Assembly: GCA_011109175.1 (NCBI GenBank)
Contig: RDEW01000077.1
Span: forward strand, 51,125 to 115,124
Direction: 5' to 3'
Length of the DNA stretch: 64,000 nucleotides
From: Dicyema japonicum
Taxonomy: Eukaryota; Animalia; Dicyemida
Both the position numbers and the translations under genes were made by a program. The notes under the pieces were generated by a model, which saw only the letters and a program-made list of their open reading frames with translations, was not told the DNA's origin and did not search any database. Positions 12,110 through 24,458 of this stretch are shown here, piece by piece; the first letter of the stretch is position 1, and every line of letters begins with the position of its first letter.

Positions 12110-12440
12110 CTAGTTGGTGCTTCGACTGCAATGGCTCCAAAGTGAGATTTATAAGCCTCCAAACCAAGACACAACAAAGAAAAATAATTGGGATAACATT
12201 GTCTGCTCCAAAATTTTGGAAGACCTTAAAAAGAAACAAATCAACATCGTCTGGCTTGTTTGGTGTCAGCTTCAAATGGAGGGAGTAAAACATCGCTTGG
12301 TGGATTACTCTCCCGGTCGTTCTACAAAACGATCTGAAAGCTGTGGAGAAAACATTGCCAGCATCTGGTGACGATCTGGATTTACTAGGGGACCTAGCAA
12401 AGAACAGAAGAGCTTGGAGCAACCTAGCTAATTCTCTTAT
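12110..12440 (+). mobile_element. RTE-like LINE 3' coding fragment
   Basis: ILEDLKK...GDDLDLLGDLAKNRRAWSNL. Copies at ~29,030-29,350 and ~43,170-43,300. Confidence 0.6.
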
Positions 12441-12714
12441 ATTTTTTAGGAAAATCCTAAATTATATTCAAAAAAGTACAATTAGTCAAAAACATCCAGA
12501 GAAGCACCTCCTGACGGCACTTCCTTCAAATCAGTATGCGAAGTCTGCTGAAAGAGGCCAGGATCACCCGTTTTTGTCTAATCTATGTATGGCGCTAATT
12601 CTGGTTCAATAAATTCGAAGTGAATTCGAAAGATGTCGGAGGCTGGGATCACTTAATTTAGCAAATTAATACCTTCTTTCTTGGTGCTCTTGGCGTTTTG
12701 AAATAAAATGTTAA

Positions 12715-13225
12715 ATAAATTTAATCCCACTTGTTGCTAGGATTCAAAAATGAGGAAGACGCTTCAGCTTTCGAAGCTGAGATCAATACTAAGGTACCTT
12801 TTGTGCCGGAGCACATAACTTGTCACGGTCATTCCTAAGGCTTCGGATTCAATAGTGCTAGTCTTCGGAGTCCCTGGACTTAGTAGATGATAATGTATTA
12901 ATAATATTCATTGAAACAATGTATAATCACGATGTAACGACATAACAATTTGGAATGCAAATAATACTAAAGAGCCAACAGAATATAAATAGGGACAAAT
13001 CAAATAGTGAAAAATAATCCACATTTATAGGTTATAAAATATAAAATATATATTAGACATTTTGATAACAACCTTCAACACTATTTGATAAATCCAATAA
13101 TATAATGTATGACAATACAGTAGAAAATAAAACAAAGTAGACAAACAGCCAACCACAAGAAAGTGGCAAACGCATGCCAAATAATATATTAATGTAATTA
13201 TAGGTTCGCCATATAGCAAAATTAT
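12715..13225 (-). pseudogene. Fragment of a small multi-pass membrane protein gene, unidentified
   Basis: Successive hydrophobic segments (PIITLIYYLACVCHFLVVGCLSTLFYFLLY...; WIIFHYLICPYLYSVGSLVLFAFQIVM). Copies at 29,635-30,140 and 43,585-44,055. Confidence 0.35.
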
Positions 13226-13719
13226 TTTAATAATAAAGATGTATTAAATTTATTTAAATTAGTCAAAATTTGATGTGTCTATGTCATTATCGTATTCTCA
13301 GCATGTCTATTCTACCCCGCCCGAAAAGTTTTGAATATTATGCCGTGTGACTCACCCTCATGTGAGATCGGTCACTTGAAGTTTTGGAAAAGAGTCGCAA
13401 ACTCCCTATCCCACAACCAGATCGGAATCATTTAATTATACGATAAGTCTTATCCTCTTTTTTGATTTGGGGTGAATACATTAAATTAAATTCTACCACG
13501 CTTACGAGCCGATGAACTGTGGAGACGTGTGAGGAGGAAAGTTACATAGTGATAGCTAGTAGAACGGATTATGACGACAGTGCACAGCTAAAGCTCAAGT
13601 ATTCATATACTTAGGGGGTAGATACCTCTCATAATCGCGATCTCAATGTTCTTGAAAAGCTATTGCGCCATTCTAGTTTCACTTTTCCTCTTCCCTGTAG
13701 GCGGTCCGATTAACCATAT

Positions 13720-14085
13720 AAGCCCAGACATACTCGAGCCTAATAACGCCAGATGTCTAAACAGTGATCGGTTGGAAAAAAGAATCAGTCCACGATGCCG
13801 TGGTATTTCTTACTTTTCAAATTTCAGCAGTGCTGGCTGCAGAACCTACGTGCAAAAACTACGCGGACCTACCTAAGGATTTTTTGTTTGTTCCACTCAC
13901 CGTTGAGACGTCTGGTTCCAATGCGTCGTCTAGGAAATCGGATTTCTACACGATCAGGAGATTCTCATGAGCGGTGCTAGTTAAATAAGCGAATCTCGTT
14001 CGCCATCTTAAGAGGGAATAGCCACGCACTCAATGCAGCCGCTATATGACCATTTATTCTCTTTTCTTTCTCTAATAAAATTAAT
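13720..14085 (+). mobile_element. CRE-clade non-LTR 3' end
   Basis: KNYADLPKDFLFVPLTVETSGS...RISFAILRGNSHA; copy at 30,645-31,010. Confidence 0.7.
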
Positions 14086-14359
14086 AATTTTAGTAAATTT
14101 GACCATTATGGAAATTTGAAATTTAGGTTATTATTAGGTTTAACGAAATTTAATAGAAAGTTAAAATTTCTTTTCATGTGGCATATATTTGGTTGAGACA
14201 GCACAAGAAAGAAATCTTAATGAAAATATTGAACTATTCATCTTTTACAATCTCCCAACAGCCGAGAACGGGGACTGTATGGACATAACTTAAGAACTAC
14301 ACATAAATAAAATTGAAACTATTTTTGCTAGAAAAACAAGGCAATTTAGATCATTTTGT

Positions 14360-14565
14360 TGAAAAAGTGAAGTTTTCAGTATATAGAGGAGGCCCGTCAG
14401 CAGGATGAAAATCTGGATACATCCCGGAGTTTAAATTGTGATTTACTAGAATAAAAATATCAAAGATCAGGTTTGGGCAGTTAGATGTAACGCCTTAGCA
14501 AATTTAATAGCTCCACCGTGTTTGAAAGTCAACTTGAAAATGAGCAGAATCGGTCTGTCGTCAAC
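14360..14565 (-). pseudogene. WBP2: 3' remnant of the WBP2-like gene in copy A
   Basis: VDDRPILLIFKLTFKHGGAIKFAKAL...GPPLY; the 5' part was removed by the ~1.67-kb deletion. Confidence 0.6.
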
Positions 14566-14734
14566 TTCAATCACAGACTAACCATCAATGATAATACTTG
14601 AAGCTTTTCCGGTCGGGCTCTTGGGTTCAATCACAGACTAACCATCAATGATAATACTTGAAAGCTTTTCCGGTCGGCTCTTGGGTTCAATCACAGACTA
14701 ACCATCAATGATAATACTTGAAGCTTTTCCGGTC
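14566..14734 (+). repeat. 60-bp tandem triplication
   Basis: TTCAATCACAGACTAACCATCAATGATAATACTTGAAGCTTTTCCGGTC(GGGCTCTTGGG) occurs three times with period 60; there is one copy in B (33,145-33,205). Confidence 0.95.
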
Positions 14735-16289
14735 CTAGACTTCCAGTGAGCATCGAAGATATGTGACCTCCGTGAGCAGACGTACAGCATTAGCAGCTGG
14801 AAGACTGAGGACGGCAAGCCTCCTACAGGATAGGGAGGTCGGGGCTAGTAACTAATGAAACTGGAAATGACATTGTATAACTTCTCCAAAATCAAACAGA
14901 AGCTATTTTTACTGTCGAGGAGATGGTATGTCTCTAAGGTTATCTAAACCTCCATATGTGAGATAAAAATTAAATAACAATAGGAGGTGAAAAAAATGGT
15001 GTTGAATTTACAAAAGCAATTAAAAAAGGTTTAACCAAAGCCAGATGTCACCAATGTTTCTTGAATCAATGGAGACGCTTGTCATAGCGATTCTTAAAAT
15101 GTGGACGCAGAATCGACCATCGTATGTTGGAGTGAATATTCGCTAGGGTTCAGCGCTCAGCCCCCTGTTATTCAACATTCTCATGGCTATGATGCCAGAA
15201 TAAAAATTTTTAAGGATTACGCAAAAATCTCGTATGTGTCCAGCCATGGAAATAGTCGACAACAGGAAATAGCGTGTCTCCAAGGGTTTGACAATCTCAG
15301 CAAAAAACTAATCCTCTGCTGATCTCTAACATTCGTAGATTCAATCGACATGCTGCGACTTGAGGAACTCAATAGATGCCGTACACTTACACTACCTAGG
15401 AGAGTTAATTTGAAGAAAAGGGACTTTATGGAAGACATAGTTTTAGAAAAAGAGGGTCTTCCAAGCACATCTATGTCTGTAAAAGTTAAAAAATTGGATG
15501 AGATTTTTATGTCCCTTCGACAAGTTGTCCTGCACTTTCCTGCACTTTTTTACGTGACACCAATATATTTGCATACACATTAACTGGGCGGCGCAGTTGT
15601 AATGAGTGCCGGGAAAAATGACTGATGGCCCTTAGTTCGAACCTTGCGAATGAAAGTTCAACGCATCTACGATGCTTTGGATTGACGAGTGACGCCTTAT
15701 TAATAAACATCTCACTGCAGAACAGGATAGTTTAACAAAAAAGACCACAACCAACAAAAAGAATAAAGAAGTGAAGAGCATTCCTTGGTTTTCCCTCGTT
15801 GATTAGTCTGATAATTCTTCTTTACTTAAATAAAGTGTGTGTTTCTGCCTGGGAAAGATATAGCTACTATAGCTCTTCGTAAAATGCAGTATTATTATAT
15901 ACATTAATTATTTTCATTTGTTTTCTGCTAGTCCATAATTTGATTACGCAATCATTGTCCTATTTATGCATTTTCAGGCTTTGAGGAATGTCAAATCCAA
16001 TGCCATAATAGTTTAACTCAGGTTGGTTTTAGTACAATAAATTTGTACTCACATAATCCTCAACAAGCTTAGTTCGAGACTTTTGGAGAGAAGCACTTTA
16101 TAGTTAATAATGACTTTTTCCATTTTAGAATAGAGACTCCTTATAGTCGTTTTTATGACTGAAATTAAATGTAATTAGCAAAAAGTTTTTTAGTCATTAT
16201 CATTTTTTAAACAGGGAATATTATTTTTTTCTAAATAAAATATTTTTAAAACATTAATTTTAATCAACAAATAAATTAATTTAGACAAT

Positions 16290-16980
16290 AATTAGGACGA
16301 CAGAATGGCGAAGGCGTTACCCATTTCTAGCCTCTGCCTCAACCAGAGTCCCTCCCGTGACTCGCACCTTTTTGAGGCGAGTTTGCTTCCAATACTGTAG
16401 AGAAAAATGTCCGTTTTCGCGACTTAGTTCCAGTTGTCTCCACAGCAATGGGGGCGAAATGGTAATGGTCTCCGAGTGGATCTTCTTGACTTCCGCCTGG
16501 TCAGATGCGTCTCCAGGAGAGTGCATCGCCGTCAGCAATCTGGCTCCTGGGAAGGTGTCCACTCACGTTGCGTCCCAGACAAGTGATTTTCTGTGGGAGT
16601 ATGGGAATAACGTAATTCCATCCTGCCTCTTCCCTTCGCCTCTGTCTAAGCCCAATGGTTCCAATTGGGCAGGAAATCCCGCAGCCTTGAGGGCTCAAAA
16701 ATGATGTCATTGAGGGCTGCGTGGCGTGGGGCTCGACCAGCATTTCGTCGCCAAAAGAGTGATGTAAACCTTTCGTATCAACGTCCCCTCAGCAACGGCA
16801 TTTGTGTCTCTGGCATATATCCAGTCCTAGGCGGAGTGCCACCCAGATCCTCAGGCTGTTTTCGTCAAGGAGGGTCCCCAGATGTGGGCACGGTAGGACC
16901 TCGAGTCAGACTCCATTTCCGCGATGTGCGACGGACTTAATGCTTGCTAGTCGGTGTTGGTTGGCGCTTTCTGGTAATTT
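16290..16980 (-). mobile_element. CRE-clade non-LTR 3' fragment (second family)
   Basis: [21 protein letters not shown]...AGRAPRHAALNDII...[22 protein letters not shown]...LVWDAT.VDT. Partial copy at 44,530-44,885. Confidence 0.85.
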
Positions 16981-17191
16981 TTAATTAAGTATTTAAATTT
17001 TAATACAAAATTTTTATTGGTTAACCAAAAAGAAAATAAACTGAGAATTATTGAAACATTAAAAATGATTGTGCTATCGATAATTCTGTCATTATTTTTT
17101 TCATTTGAAGTTTGATTTAATTTTAATTTTTTTTAACAAAATTTTATGGTTTTATCATCAAATAAATAAAAATTAAATTAAGGCATCTGAA

Positions 17192-17748
17192 TGGCCATGC
17201 TATTTCCCCTTAACAATCGCCAACGAGATACGTTCTCGGAACCAACCAGTCTCTCGCGGATCCTTGGTCACAGCTTGAATCATGGAGCCGATCTTACGAA
17301 CCAACTCATCTGCTTGGGGCCAAGGATTCCTGACGTTTTTACCGCGAATGGAAAAAAGATGCTCCTTCGAAATTCTCTGGTACTTCCTCCTCTTTCGTTC
17401 CTCAGTCTGCTTTGAAGCATGTCCTGGGTCTGAAGCAGAAGCAACCAAATTAGACGGGGAATAAGTATCAACACACGTTTCGTCCCAGATCAGGTTTCGT
17501 CCGTTGGCGAATGGAAAAGTCGTCACCCCATCAGGGCGTTTTCATCGTTTCGGGAAAGACCAGCAGGTTCTAATAGGCAATGGTGTCCAGCAGAGGTAAG
17601 GGAATTCTTTAATGTCATGTCAAGAAAGGAGTGCCTGGGGAAACGACCCGCACTCATCTTGCATGACAAGGGATGATAACCAAAAGGATCGATCCAACGT
17701 CCACAATTGGTAGCATGAATAAATTCATTGGAATCCAAAGGTACACTT
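17192..17748 (-). mobile_element. CRE-clade non-LTR 3' fragment (copy B)
   Basis: Duplicate of 160-716 (ORFs 17523..17738 and 17200..17526). Confidence 0.8.
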
Positions 17749-18264
17749 TTTATCTAATTTTGTTGAACGATGGATTAATTTTAAATAAGGCAGAATTTCT
17801 CGCAAATAATAAAAAAATAATTTTAATAAGGCAGTTACCTAATTCAAAAAATCTTATGTATTTTTGGATAAATTTAACAAAAAACGTAAATGAATCATCG
17901 CAAACAATTGCCAACTGTCTAAAACGTCTAAAATAACAGAAAGTAATCACAGCTTAATAATTTAAACATAGCAGATGAAATCGTATCCAAAACGGATATT
18001 AATGAACCTATTGAGATATAAAAAAATTTATTAAAATTGATTATTCTAAAAAAGAGGCAATAGACCGAGAGGAAAAGACCATTCCCATTGAAGAACAAAA
18101 ATAGTGTTTCGAATTACTTACTTAACTAAGAACGCTGAGATAGTTTTAAATTAAGAGATATCGAAAAATATACCCTAGAAAACATTTAAAATGGCATGCT
18201 CATTACCTCAATAAGAAGATTTATGGAAAAAATTAAAAATAATAAATAGAAGGAATTGTGAATT

Positions 18265-19880
18265 ATTACTATTATTGAATCAGAAAACCACGTGATCCTG
18301 GCTTCCTTCAACAGTCTTCGCATCTTTTCTTTGTGTTCCGACTGCGTTCCTGCGCATTTCCAATATGGACGGGGTCGCATACTTAAGTCCTTAACAGAGA
18401 CACTGTTCAAGTCGCCTCTATCATATTTTCTAGGTTTCTAGACAAGATTTCCACTCGGGAAATTTCCTTAGTAAGTTTGCTGCCTTCTTGAATGTTTCAT
18501 ATCTTGTCCAAATTCGTTGCAGAAAGGTTAGATCCCCAGATATTACATGCGTATCCTATTGCCGCCTCGATGAAATGTTTGTATATGACATCCAGACCAC
18601 TCAGATTTTTTTGTTTTTTAGGTTTTCCACGAACGCCTTCAGGAAGTTGATATTCCTCGTACAAGTCAATAACAAATTTTCAATATGTTTGTAAAGTTAA
18701 AAGGTGTCAAGTGACTCCCAGGATTTTCTGGTATTTGTTTTGTGGGATAATCTTCCCATACAGTGTAACGTCAATTGATCTTTCCCTACTTTTCTGTTTG
18801 TCGTGAATAGGGTCGACACTGACTTCTCCGAGCTAGCAGTCAATTGATTTTTCCTAAGCCATAAACTTAATTTATTCAGTTTGTCCTGTATTTTCTCGTT
18901 GCTTCCGCTAATTCAGATCCCTTGAGGCAATCACTATATCATCAGGATACGTTAATAATAGTCATCGTCCCCTGAGGAGTGGCAAGTCATCATAAGGTTA
19001 ACAAGAGGGGAGATAATGGGGAGCCCTGGGGTACGCCATTTTCTAATAATCTCGATACGGAACATCGATTGCCGTAGTGTACTCGTCCTCGTCGACCACT
19101 TAAGAAATTTCCTAACCATAATTTCAGCTATACGTCAAAGTTCGACGAATATATTTTGTGCGTGATAATCTTCCTCGAAACCAAGTCAAAAACCTTCTGG
19201 ATATCAATTGAGCATACAATCGTCTTTTTCTGTCCTGGTCTTTTGTTAAGGTCATCTGTTATGAACTTCTTTAATGTATTTAGGTTGTGATAGTTGATTG
19301 TCCCTCTTTAAAACCATGCTGAAATCTGGCATCTGGGAGGAATGTCGTGTGAGTTTCATAATCATCCTTTTTAAGATTCTTGTCTGGACGCACAAGAGCG
19401 ACAAAGGCCTGCAAGAATCCAGGTCGTCTATTGGTTTCCCAGGCTTCAGTATTGGATAAATATTCGAAAGTTTCCATTTAGCGGGAATACAGTTGAAGTT
19501 GATTGAGTAGTTGAAGACGCATGTTCGGCTAATACACCCACTGTGCCCATCTTTTTCAACAGAATAACGGGATCCCATCCCGTCCACAGGAGTGAATGTA
19601 TTTTGTTCGATGATCTCCAAAGCGACATCTCCAGGTAGAACATACATTGTTGGGTGCCTCATTTTCGGTTTTTTATGTGGGGAATGTCCATCCTTTGGAA
19701 TGGTTTGTGGCTTATTCTCACACAATGTTTGATAAATTTATTCAGATCCACCTCCTGTTCATGATCTCCCTCGATTGTTTTCAGCATTTTTGACATTTCG
19801 CAGCATCCTCCACATCTTGGTAAGTGAACTATTTTTTTCATAGCTCTAGAAACCAACTAGCCACATAGCACGACATGGGA
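18265..19880 (-). mobile_element. Non-LTR RT fragment (copy B of 1,220-2,800)
   Basis: Same motifs with more frameshifts. Confidence 0.9.
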
Positions 19881-22800
19881 GCACGGGGTCAAATATTTAA
19901 CAAATTTTTTATTAAAGAAACTTTTAAAAAGTTTGTAATTTTTAAAATTAACTTTTTATTAATAAATTATTAATAAAACTTTTAGTTAAGAGATATACTA
20001 TTAATACTCTCCGTATTTTCTCAAACTTTTCATCTTCTCCCAATTCCTCGTCACTACAATTAAAATTAAAAACACGTGTTCTGTCTGGAGACGTTATCGT
20101 CAGGTCGTTTTTTCCGTGAGTGTCCTCAAGTTGAAGAGACTGAGTGGCATCCCAAGAATTCCCACTCTTTAGATTAGGACAATTAATTACTGAAGGGTCT
20201 GGAGGTCAACACCATAACGACTTTTTATCATATCGTAAATGTCCTCTTTATTCTCGAATTCCTGAATGTCCTCAATTTCTAAGAATGTCTATAAAAAGAT
20301 TTCAACCATTCAATTCACAAGGCAGGAGAATTCATTCTGTCATAAATTACCAGTGTTACCTGATGACATTCAATCGATAAGAAGAGTTCCTAAAGATCAG
20401 CCTCTCAACTACGGGATATGACTGGTCGCCACCTTTGATGACTTGGACAGCATCTGTCCGACTTCTTTGCTTAGTCTTTCTCCCTCATCTTGGTATATTA
20501 ACCGCCAAACTTTTGCTTCTTTTTTTCAATCGTGTGGGGGTTGAAGATATCTGTTTTTAGAAGTCTTTGGTAAGCATGCTCAAAACCTCCAATCTCGCTT
20601 TGGATCTATCAAAGCCCACACGTTTGTTCGTTACACAAATGGCGTAGCAGACGTAGCTATGGAGGCTCTGAAGGTGAAAACACCATTTACCTCAAATAAG
20701 TGTTGATCACGACCAATTGATGAATATTGAGTCCTTTATAAAGATTATAGACCAGCCGGACTGCATGTGGTGGAGAGATTCGTATCCTCGTCCCAAAAGT
20801 AGAGAAAATAACTATGTCCGAGGATCTTTTCAGCCTTTTTCAATTTCTGGGTAAGATCTGCATCTCTTTTTTTCTTTGGCGCTAATATCACTGGTTAGAG
20901 TAAGTAACTTAATTTACATAAAGGACTGATCCAGACTGGTTTCCTTCTGTATCTTGAGGAAGAAGCAGTCAAAATAGTGGAGACAAGCTCTGTGAAATAC
21001 GTAGAAATACTTGGACCTAAAACTATTTTGATCTCCAACTCAGCTAGAGTCACAAAGTCGTTTATGATTGTAATAACGATCGCAAAAAGTCGCATTGCCA
21101 CATCTAAGTAGTAAAACAACTGACCTTCTATCATTTGAAGAGTCACAAAAGATTCTATAGACTTCTTGTTAACGCCACTGTTTTGGAGGTTGACTTGTTC
21201 TCGCTGCATGATCAATCTTTGTTATTATCTAAAATGAAACCTCGGAGAGCACGTCTTCTTTGAATTTAACCAACGCTCAATTTTCTCCGTCGAATTGTTT
21301 TCTCCCTAACTTGAATTATATTCCCAAACTGGTGAAATTCGATGTTTCAGTTTTATTCATTCCAATACCACTTTGTAGACATTTTTGGGTACAATATATT
21401 TTTGAATTTTATTGGTTACAATTTATTTTAAATAAATATTTATTTTTAAATTAAAAATCTATATTATTTTATTGATGAAGTTTCTGTTTTGCTCGTCTGT
21501 TCCTCCTTCTCTTCCAACTAGAATGGCGTCATGTGATGATGTGATCCACCGCCCAGTGCCAGGCCGGCACATAAAAGGATCATTTGCTTTCCCCCACTCC
21601 ACTGGAGGTGTTTCCACAACTATGGACGTCTTTACTATTTATGCTGATTCCTGATGGACTCTGTTCTATAGAAGTGGAAACTGGATACACTTAATTAGTT
21701 TACTTTAACTTCTTCTCGGTGTATCCGGGCTTAATAAATTAAGTTCGTGAACAATACGAAAATAAATTACTTGTAGATTATATAATGAACACCAAATTTT
21801 GATTATAGGGTATTTGTGATTCCCTTTAACACTTGGAATTTATGGGAGGGGAAAAATAACAATTTCATAGAAACAATTTGCCGTCATGTTATATAAATCA
21901 TATAAACATTGTATGAATAAATTGACTTAAAATTTAAAACGCATCTTTGAGGACAAACACTTAAATTTTGATCAGGTTAAGCCCAAAAAATTACTATTCC
22001 AAAGAAAAAAAATAGTCATGAATTAACATTTTGTTGAAATACTTAAAAAAGACTGCTAGATTTGAATTAACCTTAACAAAAATCTGTTATCAAAGTTATT
22101 CTGTTGAACTAAAAAATCCGATAACAGTGGATGAAACCTCATTTTTAATGGCTTACTCGACACAAGAAAGTCATTATCAGACCCCGACAAATTATTATAC
22201 GAAATTATTAAAATGTAGACCAACTGAGCCGGTTATATTCATCACAAAATTATTCCAATTGAATATCGTTTTAACACTATTTAAATAAATTAATTTTTTA
22301 CCTCTTTGACTTGGGGACCAGTCTCTCGAGGTTTCTAACCTTGCTTCGATATTGCAAATACCATGTTTACCCCATTTTGGCTCACATAAAAATTGTCTTA
22401 TACCTAAAAACTCGATAATGCAGAGAGATTTTATTTACCCCGGTCCCTTCAAGCTAAAAAAACCGTTGGCTAACAAGGAAGTGAAGGAGAAACATAATGC
22501 GGGATATGACACGATATGCGTGTTATAATGTAGGTCACCCAGGGGCGTGCCTAGAGCGGGCCATAGGGGCAGCCGCACAGAACGATGTAGAAGGCAGCAG
22601 ATCCAAGCTATAGAGTTCACGTTATTAAGCTATATTCACATGGAAACGATTAATCGGATGCTGGCAATCTTGAACCCGTGGTTGATTTAAAAGGCATCAG
22701 AAATCAAATGAACACTGAAATCTCCACTGATGGTGATAATCAGAATGCAAATTTGTTGAAAAAGTGGATTCCAGGAGACGCTGATGATTTTATGTTTTTC

Positions 22801-24359
22801 TAACTTTGTGCATTGCATATCTTTATTACTCACAGTTTACGACTCAATTGCTAGCTGTGAACATACTTTTTCAAAGTTAAAAAAATCAAACATATTTAAG
22901 GTCTTCGATGTCAAATCAGCTCTTGTCAAGTTTATCTTTAACATTGAAAAAAAATTCCTGACAAGCGAGGTGAAAGAAGCTGTGATACAGACTTTTGTGA
23001 CCAGCAAAGTAGCGATTGAACATCGAAGTGACTTTTAATAACTGCCGTGCCTCTCTAACTATTTTTGGTTGAGGTGGTGACGTGACTCCTAGCTATGTCT
23101 CAAACATGTTTTATTCGATTGCCTTTTACTGTCGCTTCATTTAATGTTAGAGAACTATCAGCGAGCTCGAAACGGAACACCGTGTGCGATAACAGACCTG
23201 ATGTATGCTATCTTTAAGAGAAAAAATTGCAGGAGGACACGATGAAGTTTATGGAAAATACCAGCTAATGTTACTGCCATCTGAATGCCGACACTGATTT
23301 GCCGTCCGAGTTTTGTTGAGAAAACGAGAGTTCTAATGTGGAGTGTTCATGATCGTATTTCGATTTCTTCAGATCAAACTATAACTGACACGGAATAAAC
23401 TGGTTAACTATTATCAACGTATATGCACTCCATATCGGGAGAGTATAGGTCACCTCTGATGAGTTGGACGAATTTTATGAAAGCCTTTTGAAAGTATGCA
23501 CCGAAATGGACAAAACAACAATCGTGTTCCGGAGACTGGATGCCAAAGAAGCTTTAAGAAAGACCACGAAATATGTATTGGAAGGCACGGATGAGGGTAT
23601 CGAAACTTTTACGGAGAGTCCCTAATTGAGTTCTGCTGGAATTTGGTCTTTATCTTGCAATACGACATTTCAACATAGCAAGGCATAAGAAGACATGGAT
23701 GGCCACAGAAAAACTGAGACGGGCGAGAGATTACAATATACAATCAAAAAGATTATATATTATGTCAGAATGCACATAAAAACTTGCTCGTGGACTCACG
23801 GTCATATGGAGGAGCTGTAACGAATAGTGATCATAAATAACGGTGGCTCAGATGTGCATACGGAAACTATTTGGTAACATTGCCCAGAACAATCGAGTTG
23901 AAGGTAGCATTAAATCAACTATTAACAATTCAACCTTCTCTCTCATCTACATGAAAAGTAGATTTATTGGATCAATGGTTCACGACTGTAAACTTAAATG
24001 GAGGCTAATCAAATTCTGATTGGATTTAATAGTAAACGATCCATAAATTTAGTCCCCAAAAGAATCCCCTACTTAATCTAGAATTGCTGGACCAATCTGT
24101 CAAGAATTTTTCAAAAATACAAAAAAATAAATATATTTGTTATCATGTAAAAACCACCTGTTCATTAAGACAAATTAAAACCAAGCTCATGTATCCTACT
24201 AGAAGAGTGGATGACGAAGGCACAAGAATTGGACTTTAAGTCTGCCTCAGAATGGATGTTTGCGCAATCCATTTAGATGTGGAGAAATGGTAGACGTGTA
24301 AGGTCTTCTGTTGTGTTTATTAATTAATTGAATTATTCCGCAAAAAATGAAATTCAAAG

Positions 24360-24458
24360 AAAAAGTGGAACGCTTCACGATTATGCGTGTCATCCTTGCG
24401 CAGGGGCCATGCTAATCTTCTCTGTATCGTTACAATTTTATTATATGTCCCGTAGGAC
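24360..24458 (-). ncRNA. RNU6: U6 snRNA (copy B; AATTGGAAC changed to AATTGTAAC)
   Basis: Same as copy A except one substitution upstream of the ACAGAGA box. Confidence 0.95.

Larger units (their letters stand above)
1..17034 (+). repeat. Tandem segmental duplication, copy A (~17 kb; left end runs off the window)
   Basis: Base 1 (AAATAAACTGAGAATTATTG...) recurs at 17,035. All landmarks (CRE fragment, LINE RT, hAT remnant, U6, RTE RT and others) recur in the same order and orientation at an offset of about +17 kb. Confidence 0.95.

Noticed and set aside
14566-14734. CRISPR-like regularly spaced repeats
   Set aside because: The whole 60-bp unit repeats with no unique spacers, the context is eukaryotic and there are no cas genes.
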